A stretch of 36,039 nt of DNA, taken from positions 1-36,039 of the forward strand of contig JBJCIZ010000326.1 of the NCBI GenBank assembly GCA_051294375.1, in the 5' to 3' direction. Position numbers and translations under genes: made by a program. Origin of the DNA: Paraspadella gotoi. Its lineage: Eukaryota > Animalia > Chaetognatha. Below the pieces are notes generated by a model, which saw only the letters and a program-made list of their open reading frames with translations, was not told where the DNA came from and ran no database searches. Shown one piece after another: positions 11,641-22,489 of this stretch (position 1 is its first letter; each line of letters begins with the position of its first letter).

Positions 11641-12816
11641 TTTAATAAAGGAATTTTAACAGTGGTATGATCTCCTTCATATACGCACAGAGAGAGAGAG
11701 AGACAGAAAGAGAAAGAAAGAGATACAGTACCGGTCTTGGCTTTCCTTCATAAGTCCAGGGAAGCTATATCTTCTATAATAATGAATGGAATGACTTGAT
11801 ATGCATGTGTGGGATGGAACTCGGTATGGTCTATTCCCCATTCTATATTTCAAAAAAAAATTTTGAAGTTTTGTTTTGAGCATCATTTTTAAACAAAAAT
11901 TTAATTTGCATACTCTGCTCAAAATACTTAAAGGATATAATTTTTTTTCTCACTAAAAATTAATCTAACATTACTTGGTCTAATGGTAAAGTGTTAGGCT
12001 GAAAAAAAATATTTATTTATTAATTTAGGCATAGTTGCTAATAATAATAATTAGCATATTATTTATTTTTTATTTATTAGTTCAACTCATTGATATAAAT
12101 TAATAGTTGATTGATAGGCAATTTTATTCCTGTAATCAAATGTATATATTTTTTTTATAATTAACTAAATAGTGTTTTTTTATATATTACTACAAAAATA
12201 TGATTTTTGATAAATAATATTTTGTTTTAAAAAAAATTATGCCAAATTATTGGTGAAATGGTTACTGATTACAAATATATAAATTTTTTAAAATTTGGAT
12301 AAACCCATGAAAAAATACAGACCCAAAAAAGCCCTAAAGATGGTCAAAAACACCCTGTTTTTTTAAACCTTTCTAAAAAACTGCAATAACGCGAATTTCC
12401 AACTCAAATTTGTAAGGTATATTAGAATTAGTAGTATTTTATTGCCTGAAAAAATCCAAAGACGTAGTAATAATTGTTACCTAATTATACAGATTTAATA
12501 GTGAGACGTCCTAAGAAATTCCTGAGGGTAATTTTAAATTTTGTTGAGGTTGTCTAAGTTTTTCTCGTATTTTTCTGTATCTCTCTGTTATTTTCTTCTT
12601 TTTATTACCTCTCCCTTCTTTCCTCATTCTCTCTCTACTCTCTCTCTCTCTCTCACTCTCCCTATCTTTCTTTCTCTATCTCTATTCCGTTCTCTCCTCT
12701 CTCTCTCTCTTTCGCTCTGTCACTTTTTTTTCTGTCAGTTGAACTTTGACTCGTGAGAGACTGCTATGATTTAGGTCTGAATTTATTATTCTTCCTTTAA
12801 GATTTTTACCATCTGT

Positions 12817-13021
12817 ACAGGCCATCTTGTTCAGGGAGTCAGACTGTCTCGTGCTGTCCCATGACCAAAACTGGTTTCAAGAACGGGTATTTAGAGAAGC
12901 AATTTACATCAAAGCTCTCGAGCCCTCTTTGAACCGTGATTCGGACCTCCCTCCAAGCTATGATACGCTTTATCAAAAAGCGTGTGGGAGGCCCCGCCGC
13001 TACCACGCCCGCCACAATTGA
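12817..13021 (+). pseudogene. C-terminal fragment of a Penelope-type GIY-YIG endonuclease
   Basis: ...VLSHDQNWFQERVFREAIYIKALEPSLNRD matches the PLE endonuclease end pattern (IL.E.NWF.R...EAIYI....PSLNRD), preceded by TGH. Confidence 0.85.
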
Positions 13022-13863
13022 TTCCCCTAACTATACTCAACGAGACAGACGGAGACCCTTGCGCAGGCAATGGACAAACGATTTCCACTCCCTCCAAACG
13101 AAGCAAGCTCAGCCCTCTCTCTGTGGAGTGAGCGGCCGGCCCAAAACGACGGGCTTCAGCGAGGAGGGAGAGGAGTTGCCGTCACTCCTGTCGCAAAAGC
13201 GAGCGAAACGGAAAGCCCCCGCCTCGCCAAACAGGCGAGAAGAGGGCAGTCAGCAGGCGTATCCGACCAGAGAAGTATATAAGATGAGGCCGTGGGAATC
13301 TTTCCTCCTCTGGTACAATCCCCAATGCGGCCATCTACTGGTTCAATCCCACTCTCCTCTCAACCATTGACGCTGCCAATGACCCGTCACCTTCGTTTCA
13401 ATGTCCTTCATTTGCATTAAACCAAGGGGGCCAGCTCAATTTGAGCTCTTTCTTAATCCTTGAATTTCACTTCCTAATCACTTGATTACTAAAACAAACT
13501 TTCTTTCACATTTCAAATTTCACATTTCACTTTCTATCCCTTAGCTTAATACATATTTATTCTTTAGTTAATTGTTAAATTTCACTAACATTTAGTTTTT
13601 CAAAATTATTATATTCTCTGTTGTACATTGCACAATGTATCATTTTATTATTTATTTATCCCTCTGTTTCCTCTTCCCTCATTCTCTCTCTCTTTAACAG
13701 TTTCACTTCTTTTTCACAACTCACTCAATCTGTCCTCACCTTCATCCTGTCTCACATCTGACCACACTATTCTGTCTCACCACTTTGTTGGAAAACTTTT
13801 ACCCTCTCTCTCTCTCACACTCTTCTTCTGCACAAAAAAATTTCAATATTTCAAAAAATGTAT

Positions 13864-13913
13864 ATAGACGCTGATGAAGACTTGAACACTACAAGCCGAA
13901 ACATGTCCGTATT
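13864..13913 (+). ncRNA. Minimal type I hammerhead ribozyme (Penelope-type), predicted cleavage after C13907
   Basis: acg-CTGATGA-A-gacttg(aacacta)caagcc-GAAA-CATG-TC-cgt. Core intact, palindromic ACATGT stem III, 3-bp stem I, stem II with one mismatch. Confidence 0.82.
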
Positions 13914-14122
13914 TGAATAAATAAAAATTCATTGCCACAATTAAAAAACTTTGATTTTTCTCTTAAAGATTTTTACCATAATTTTCACTATTTTCGATTG
14001 CATTTGTGATCCCAAAATATTAGGACATCCTTTTCCCATTATTTTAAAGAGGTTTTTTAGAAAAGGAGAATCAAGCATCTAAAGAAAAAAACAAGTTTGA
14101 GCAAACAACGTCGGACCTGCCT

Positions 14123-14317
14123 ACCGTTCAATACAAGCAGTCCCTGAGCTTCGAATCAGGCTGTAACACAATGTAACAGGCGGGTTAAGCGCCCCATCCT
14201 TTTAACTGCTAGGCGACCACCGGGCTAGAACCCTGACCTTTGGTTTTGGAGTTGAATGACTTGCCTCGGCACCAATGGCCGCTGGATAACTGTTGGTGGA
14301 TTTAGTCCACCATAATA
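14123..14317 (-). mobile_element. Truncated solo LTR of TRIM family A, with tRNA-like module at 14213-14282
   Basis: The reverse complement aligns with 30518-30709 and 30933-31141 and lacks the last ~40 bp of the LTR. It abuts a HINE terminus at 14090-14122. Confidence 0.85.
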
Positions 14318-14481
14318 CGAAAAGCTAATTCTGCCTGATAAATCACGATAATCTTTCTGACTTCAATGTGATACTAAAACAGATCATAACAAATCTATAA
14401 CAAATCATGACAGACTTTATTATAATATTATGAAAATATCTATATATCAATGATCAATCAATACCATTTGTGCGCCATACC

Positions 14482-14622
14482 AACTTTGCATAATTTGTCA
14501 ACAAGAAAAAAATTTAGATGAAACTGGCATAATTGCGTAGACTTGCATAATTTTGGTCAACTTGCATAATTTGGTCAACTTGTATAATTCTTAAACTTGC
14601 ATAATTATAAACTTGCAATAAT
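14482..14622 (-). repeat. ~18-bp tandem repeat (aacttgcataatttttggtc-like)
   Basis: Repeated aacttgcataatt; the reverse complement of the array at 21760. Confidence 0.75.
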
Positions 14623-15049
14623 TCGGCGTAGAGTTTGTCCGGAAAAGTCCGCAAGTCAAAGACAGCCCTCTCTCCATAACTTAGTTCATATACACAGACA
14701 TACATAAGAAATATGCTACATATACTTTTTGATTCCATGACCGTAGTTTTGCGGTGGTCATGTGACTACACATTGTACACAAGTATGAAAAACATGCACA
14801 AAGAAGCATAGTTAGTTCTCTTACCAGTTGCAGTATTAACTTAAAATAACTTTCTTAGCCCTTGTATTCATGTCACATTCTTTATGTGTTAGTACTTGCG
14901 GCGCAACTAAAAAAATTTTCTAACTATGCAAGAAAATTAATAAATTTTGTGTCAGCGCTAACATAAACATTAGTACAAATAGGTTTTTTATTTATTTGGC
15001 TGCCGGCCAGCTATGTTTTACCAGCTAATCTACGCTCTCTATTTGTTTT

Positions 15050-15853
15050 TTCGTCGGATCTGACTTATATTAAGCAGCTCTTCGCGACTTCTAGGAAATC
15101 ACTTTGTTCGTCCAAATCGGTCCGCCCCCATCATACTATGGTTCGCGGCGCATTCACTAGTATCATGTCAGAAACATTGAATTACTGATTAAATTATGGA
15201 AAAAAAACGAATTCGTCCGTCCGTCTGTCTCTGTCTGTCCGTCCGTCCCACCTTTAGCAAAAATCTCCTAATTGCTCGTGATTAGATGGGATGAATTGGA
15301 GAAGAAATTTTGTGTGGGTAAGGGAAGTTTTATTAAGCTGGATATTGAAGGTTACTGTTATAGAATCTAATGCGAGTGGAAATGAGTTTAAATGGAAGAA
15401 AACCAAAAAATTATTTCATTTGTTTGAACATCAATTACTCATGAGTGGACTGGGCGATTGACTTGAATTTTATTAGTGGGTAGGAAAGTGTGTGATATAA
15501 GCTGAAATCAGGTTTCGGTGGTAATCAATCTTCATGGAAATGAGTTTAAATAAGGAAGAAACAAAAAAACCTGTTTCACTAATTGATTATGCTTTTTTTC
15601 TTTTTATATTAAATGTATTAATGCATAGATGTATTAATTAATCAAATAATTAATAACAGTTAATTAATCAATTAGTTAATATTATTAATATAATATAATT
15701 AATAATCAATTATTAATCAATCAATACAATTATTTTCATTAAATTAAATTTATTTATTTAAATGTATTATAGTTTAGTTAGATAATTAGTAAATTAATTC
15801 ATTACCGCTAATTCATCGTGGGCAGAATCCAACATTGTTTGCTCAATCTTGTT
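15050..15853 (-). mobile_element. HINE-like element, copy 3 (both termini, diverged)
   Basis: gtcggatctg...agcag hairpin end, ccgtccgtctgtc microsatellite, and gggcagaatccaacattgtttgctcaatcttgtt end. Confidence 0.75.
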
Positions 15854-17149
15854 CAGATTGACGTAGATCACTGATCTTACTCTATACCGCGAGCTTCCAT
15901 CCAATTCTGTTATTGAAACCACATCATAAATGCATATCCTCGATAAAATATCACACCTTTCTTCCATTTTTTTAAAGGAGAGAAGAATGAAGGAAAGAAA
16001 GGGAGAGGTAAGTAGAGAAGATAACTAAGATTGTAAAAGAAATACGAGAAAACCGAGACGACATCAGCAAAATATAAAATAGCTGATTTTTTAGGAATGT
16101 CTCGCTATTTAATCTGCTAAATTAAGTAAAAATTATTACTACATCTTTGATTTTTTCAGGCAATAAAATACTACTAATTCTAATATATCCTTACAAAATT
16201 TTGACTGTTTGAAATATTCTTTAGTCACGTTATTCTGCAGTTTTAGAAAGTGTTTAAAAAATAGTGGTTTTGACCATTTTTAGGGCTTTTGGGTCTGTAT
16301 TTCTTTCATGGGTTATCAAATTTAAAAAAAATTATATATTTGTAATCAGTAACATTTCACCAAAATTTGGCATAATCTTTTTTAAACAAAAGTATTATTT
16401 ATCAAAAAATCATATTTTGTAGTAATATATAATAAAAACACTATTTAGTTAATAATCAAAAAAAATTATAAATTTGATTACAGGAATATAAATTGCCATC
16501 AATCAACTATTAATTTATATAAATAAAAAGTTGAACTAATAAATAAAAAATAAATAATAAGCTAATTATTATTATTTAGAAACTATGCATAAATAATAAA
16601 TAAATATTTTTTTTTCAGCCTAACACTTTACCATTAAACAAGTAATGTTAGATAATTTTTAGTGAGAAAAAAAATTATACGTTCAGTTATTTTTGAGCAG
16701 AGTATGCAAATTAAATTTTATTTAAAAATGAATGCTCGAAACAAAACTTCAAAATTTTTTTTTGAAATATAGATAGGGAATTATAGACCATACCGAGTTC
16801 CATCCCACACATCATATCAAAGTAATCATTCCATTCATTATTATAGAGATATAGCGTCCTCTGGACTTATGAAGGAAAGCCAAGACCGTACTGTAGACAG
16901 AGACAGAGAGAGAGAAAAAGAGAAAACTGGACAGCCACTTAGGAAGGAAGCTGTACAGTCACTGCAGAGCCTAAACTCGTTTTAAATGGTTCAAAGAGCG
17001 AGGAACTGACAAATTGACAGGTTTGTTTCTAAATATCTTTTAAATTTAGAGAGAGAAATGATATATGAAATTTGCAGATATCTGTATTACTTTTTTGTAT
17101 TCCTACTATTATTTCTATTTATTAATATATGTTATGAAGATAATTAGTA

Positions 17150-17670
17150 CCTTTGAATTTATTATTTAATCCCAATATGAATATTGCTTTCTTTCTTAAA
17201 AAGTGTTTATTTACTCAATATTCAATTTGGGAAGGGAGTCAGTGTTGTCTTCTGGAAATAGAGGAGAGCATCTATTACAACACAAGCGTTAGAGATTACT
17301 ATCTGTCCGTAGTAGGGACTTATCTAGTGAGTAATACTATTAGAGTGTAGTACAAGCTCAAGGAATATTTTGAGACATTTTTAAGAGAATACTTTGCAAT
17401 GGACAAAAAATTTCTAATATGGCTCATAATTATCCCAGATATATTAAATGTAATCATTGTAAATAATTATTTATAGATAGGAGAAGGCCAAAAATTTTTT
17501 TTAGAATTATTGTTAATTTTGTAAGACCAGATTAGATAGCTTCATAAAAAGTTGTCTACACAAAGTATAATTCTTTTGTTAAGATAGTTTTACGATAAGT
17601 GTGTCAAAAATAAGAAGAAACCAGTATAAAAAGATCATATCATCATCATAAATCGCATGATTATTATTTT
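17150..17670 (-). pseudogene. Highly degenerate non-LTR retrotransposon reverse-transcriptase C-terminal remnant
   Basis: Minus-strand fragments in the expected order: HAIYDDDMIFLY (YADD-like), YLGII, LYYTLI, YYG, NKHFLR..ILGL, with stops and frameshifts. Confidence 0.45.
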
Positions 17671-18124
17671 TTTTTATATATTTCCACTTAAAGAACGTAA
17701 GAATTTTTAAAACTGGTGGAATTATATTTCTGATTTAACTTTTTTTGCTCTATCAGAATTCCATCAAAAAATTTTAGATTTTTAAAAAAAAATTTGTTTG
17801 CTCTATATGAGTAATTTATAATAATTTTTCTGAATTTAGGCTAGTTACCCTCAGAGAGAAAGCATTTTTGTACAAAAATATTTTAAATACCATAATCTAT
17901 GGTCATGATAGATTATTTCTAACGCTGTATACATAGTACTTTAATTTCATCGGTCTATGGCTAGTCCCTACCGTTTCTAATAGATATCGACGACATCCAC
18001 ATCATTTCTGTTAGAAAGTCATTAATGAAAATATATATATTAATATATTAAAATATATTAAAATATATTAATCATAATATCTAAGAGGCTGAACAGAAAT
18101 AATTTAAAGAAATAAAAGAAAGGA

Positions 18125-19435
18125 AAAAAATGTTACAATTGTTTACTATTGGAAATTGATACAATTTTTTCCAATCATAGCTTGTAACAGATTTTATTTT
18201 TATTTGTATTAAAATTAAGATATAGCTTCACATTAAAAAGGTCTTTTGATTTCACATGTTTTTTTATTGATTCAAAGATTTTTTTATGAATTTCATCTTC
18301 AAAATTATTTACTGCAATATGTAAATTAGATTAAAGTATTTCTATATAATAATTTGGATATTATATTGAGTACTCTAATCTCATTTGCATATTGCAGTAA
18401 ATCATAATGAAGTGGAAATTCAAACAAAAAATACTTACATCCAAATGTAATATAAAAATTTCAAAGCTTTTTTAAGATGAGAAGCCATATCTAAAATTTT
18501 AACTTACTATGATCGCACACTTTTATAAAACTTCATTGTAATTCATAATAATTTTTATTTAAAAAAAAACTGTAAGTCCCAGCAAAACTATAAAAGCATA
18601 GTAGTTTTTATACAAAAAAGTGTGATGCCGACGACGACGACGACTACGTCACAAAGAATCCTGGCCTTCGCTTAATAAAACAGTCTAAGAAAGTTATGGT
18701 AGTCATGTCATGTCACGTCGTCATGTCAAGTCACAAAGAACACACTGATAAGGCAGTCACTGCGGCGTAACACACTAAATTACCGTTCTAGTTTCACAGT
18801 TTCTACATTTAAATATCCTTTTTCCTCAACTAACAGTTATTATCGAGCCTCCCGGCGAAGCCGGTTCAGGCTCGATATTGATTCGGGTTAGCTTCTTTGT
18901 GACTTCGTCGGCGTCATTGTCGTCGTCGTAGTCATAACGCATTTTTATATAAAAACTACTACGCTTTTATAGTTTTGGCTAGGACTTACCGTTTTTTTTT
19001 AAATAAAAATTATTATAAATTACAATGAAGTTTTATAAAAGTGTGCGATTATAGTAAGTTAAAAATTTAGATATGGCTTCTCATCCTAAAATAGCTCTGA
19101 AAATTTCATATTACATTTGGATTCAAGTATTATTCGTTTGAATTTCCACTTCATTAAGATTTACTGATATATGCAAATGAGATTATAGTACTCATTATAA
19201 TATCCAAATTAGTATATAGAAATGCTTTAATCTAATTTACATATTGCAGTAAATAATATTGAAGATGAAATTCATAAACAAATCTTTGAATCAATAAAAA
19301 ACATGTGAAATCAAAAGACCTTTTTAAAGAGAAGCTATATCTTAATTTAAATACAAATAAAAATAAAATCTTTTACAAGCTATGATTGGAAAAAATTTTA
19401 AAAATTTCCAAATGTAGACAATTGTAACATTTTTT
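18125..19435. mobile_element. Inverted pair of a second HINE-like family (18125-18678 and 18838-19435)
   Basis: ~540-bp arms are reverse complements. (GAC/GTC)n microsatellite. Terminal hairpin atcgagcct-cccggcgaagccgg-ttc-aggctcgat at 18842-18876. Confidence 0.7.
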
Positions 19436-19997
19436 GACTGCCTTCCAGCGGCTGTCCAGCTTTCTCTCTCTTTCTCTCTCTGTCTCTGTCTGTCTTTCTC
19501 TTTCTGTCTCTTTCTCTCTCTATCTCTCTCTGTACGATCTTTTGCGTTTTTTGAAAAATTTTGATTATTTTTTTCCTTTTAAAAACTTTTATTATCGTCA
19601 TTTATTCCACGCTTTTTTCTCAATGCAAAGTCCCAAATTCACATCCGAGATTTTCATGGATTTATTCTCTTTCTTTCTCTCTTTCTTTTTTCCTCTCTCT
19701 CATTCACTCATATACGCATTTGTTTGTTTTATTTCGTATCAATGAATGATTATCATCACATCAATGAATGACTATCATGGCATCAACCATTTGGTTATTA
19801 TCACATCAATTATTTGGTTATCATCACATCGATCATTTGGTTATCATCGCATCAAGTATTGGTTATCATCGCATCAATATTTGGTTATCATCGCATCAAT
19901 CCTTTGGTTATCATCGCATCAATATTTGGTTATCATCGCATCAATATTTGGTTATCATTGAAGGTAGGCTCGATCCTATTCTTTTAAGATTTTTTTA
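19436..19997 (-). repeat. Dispersed repeat family with a 22-bp tandem array (tatttggttatcatcgcatcaa) and a GA microsatellite
   Basis: Array at 19790-19958. Opposite-orientation homologues at 21631-21755, 33861-34440 and 35380-35800, plus a fragment split by the 11726 element. Confidence 0.75.
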
Positions 19998-20191
19998 ATG
20001 CTATTCGTAGTCCGATGCTCATTATGAGCTATATTCCAATGTATCAAGGTTTAATTCAATGACAAAATCATAAGACTTAATGCTTCAACTGATGATAGAA
20101 AAATTTGATTAGTTGACCACAAAATTAGTGAGACGTTAAAGAAATGTCCCAAGACACGTTTTTATTACTAACTGATACTCATTTAGTCATT

Positions 20192-20944
20192 AACAAGTTT
20201 GAGCAATGTCGTATCTGCCCACGATCATTATCGGTAATTAATTAATTAATAATTAATTATTTCAAGTTAATTAATTATTTATTTAATTAATAATTAATTT
20301 ATTCAAGTTAATTATTTAATTAATTAGGCAATTAATTAATTTGATTAAAAATGTTTGTTTTGATTGATTAATTGACTGATTAATTAATTATTGATTAATT
20401 AATTGACTAATTTATTAATTAACTGATAAATTATTTGATTAATTAATACATCTTGCATTTACATTTAAAATAAAAAGAAAAAGAAGCATAATCAATTAGT
20501 GAAATAGGTTCTTTGTTTTTTCCATTTAAACTCATTTCCACTCAAACGATTCCATCTAAACTTGATTTCCAGTTTAATCACACTCTTTTCTACCCAAATA
20601 CAAAATTTCAAGTCAATCGCCCCATCCACTCATGAGGTGTTCAAATAGTGAAATTTATTTTTTTATTTTTTCCATTTAAACTCATTTCCACTCGGACGAT
20701 TCCATCGAAATTTCATATACAGCTCAATCACACACTTCCCTACCCACACACAAAATTTCATTCCAATCCATCCATCCAATCACGAGTAATTTGTGTTTTT
20801 TGCTAAGGTGGGATGGACGGACGGACGGACGGACATCGTTTTTTTTTTGCATAATTTATCATAATTTTATGTTCTGACAAGATATAAGTGAGTGCCCGAC
20901 AATATTGAGGGGGCGGAACGACGGACCGACAAAGATCTGACTAA
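20192..20944 (+). mobile_element. HINE-like element, copy 4 (both termini; 3' hairpin partly deleted)
   Basis: Starts aacaagtttgagcaatgtcgtatctgcccacg and ends ggaccgacaaagatctgacta. Two internal subrepeats. Confidence 0.78.
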
Positions 20945-20977
20945 AAACTTTACAACATTACTCTAGATTTCATCGCT

Positions 20978-21236
20978 TTATTCTTTTTCTGTGCACTTTG
21001 CTATATAATCATAAACATGGCTGTGTTCTTTTCGACGATTATATAAATATAAATTATTATATAAACGATTATAAACGATTATATAAATTATAAAACAAAT
21101 ATGCATAATAATAATTGTGAGCATAGAAAATCTAGCTTTTTTTGGCATTATAAACAAATTTATCAGGCGTGTTGGCACCGCCTCGACCGTGTCATTGCTT
21201 GCTATGCAGTTGTTATTTTGGGGTGATGTCCGAAAC
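20978..21236 (-). CDS. Possible terminal exon of a membrane-protein gene (…FSMLTIIIMHICFIIYIIVY…EKE*)
   Basis: Open frame to TAA at 20978. Acceptors giving exon starts at 21236 or 21242 are both phase 2, matching exon 27487-27689. One hydrophobic stretch. The acceptor context is weak and repeat-like. Confidence 0.35.
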
Positions 21237-21759
21237 CTGACCCTATTAGGAATTTAGGATTATGGTTGGGTGTGAGTTTAGGGTTATGGGGATTATGCCT
21301 GAGCTGCGACCTTTATTCGACTTGCCATGAAAAATCAAGCTCAATTTGTAAGCCATTTATGCATTGCACTTAGTGACTTACTTATTCTGAGATTCATAAC
21401 TTCGCAAAGATTATCTTTACAAAAGAGTATAAACATTTTGATACCAACAATTCTGAAATAAAAAAGTTTACAAATGCAATCAAATTAAAATCTTGAAGAT
21501 GATGATAGGCAATATATAAAAATATAAAAAATACGAACTTAGTTTAATACAGTAAAGTGAAATTTTTTTTTCTACATCAACAGTTTCAATAATTTAAATG
21601 ATTTCAAGGATTCAACTACAAGAGCAGAGAAAAAAAAATCTTAAAAGAATAGGATTTCGCCTACCTTCAATAAATAACCAAATATTGATGCGATGATAAC
21701 CAAAGGATTGATGCGATGATAACCAAATGATTGATGCGATAATAACCAATAATTGAGTT

Positions 21760-22059
21760 TGTTGAAAAAATGTTACAAGTTAAAAAAATGGTGCAAGTTG
21801 TAAAAATGGTGCAAGTTGAAAAAATTATGCAAGTTGAAAAAATTATGCGAGTTGAAAAAATTATGCAAGGTGAAAAAATTATACAAGTTAAAAAAATGAT
21901 AATAGTTAAAAAAATTATGCAAGTTAAAAAAATTATGCAAGTTGAAAAAATGATACAAGTTGAAACAATGATACAAGTTGAAACAATGATACAAGTTGAA
22001 AAATTAATACAAATTGAAAAAATGATACAAGTTGAAAAAATGATGAAAGCTAAAAATAT
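21760..22059 (+). repeat. 18-bp tandem array (tgcaagttgaaaaaatta), continuing at ~25700-25730 and ~26780-26945
   Basis: About 16 degenerate copies. The array is split by the LTR element and by HINE copy 5. Confidence 0.85.
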
Positions 22060-22489
22060 CGTTGACGTTTAGTCAAATAACGAGGTAAATAATAAGTGGC
22101 AAAGTATTTGGTTGACAATGGTTTTATTTAATGACGGACAATGATTAGGTGATGACATAGGTAACGATGACACGATGACAAAGGTTAAGAACAAAGGTGA
22201 TGACAATATTAAATGGTTTCAATAATTATTAGAAGAAGAGTTCTTTCTTGAGTTTGGGTGTAGAGGTGAATGCCTAGAGTTTTCCTAGCAATTTTTGACC
22301 ATCAATCCCTCCGTCGGTTTCTCTGTCAGTCATTGGTCATTCTAAGGTTGAAGTAAGGTCTGTGATTCGTCGGCATTCTGATGATTCGTGAAGGAGACGA
22401 GCAATCATCACACCTAGGTCAACCAAGTCCGTTTATAGGTCCATTCCGTTGATGTCACCCCCTCTCTAGTCGACGAGGGCGGTGGGTCT

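Larger units (their letters stand above)
12813..13965 (+). mobile_element. 5'-truncated Penelope-like retroelement (GIY-YIG C-terminal remnant plus pLTR with hammerhead)
   Basis: Exact 14-bp TSD AAGATTTTTACCAT at 12799-12812 and 13966-13979. Contains the endonuclease motif and the HHR. Confidence 0.9.
11726..16893. mobile_element. Tc1/mariner-type non-autonomous element with ~900-bp TIRs and nested cargo
   Basis: Begins CAGTAC(C)GGTCTTGG and ends CCAAGACCGTACTG. TA duplication at 11724-25 and 16894-95. Arms ~11726-12635 and ~15977-16893 are reverse complements. Confidence 0.9.

Noticed and set aside
14213-14282. Functional tRNA gene
   Set aside because: The anticodon arm does not pair and varies between copies; it is embedded in an LTR.
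17905-18007. Possible MMP pro-domain exon (CGCRRYLL...)
   Set aside because: In-frame stop right after the acceptor and no PRCGxPD match.
19746-19998. 22-bp repeat array as a CRISPR array or coding repeat
   Set aside because: Head-to-tail repeats without unique spacers, no cas genes, eukaryotic context.
21770-22072. 100-aa ORF with MQVEKI repeats (and the antisense NLHNFF ORF)
   Set aside because: It is the translation of an 18-bp non-coding tandem repeat that recurs elsewhere with frame-breaking unit lengths.
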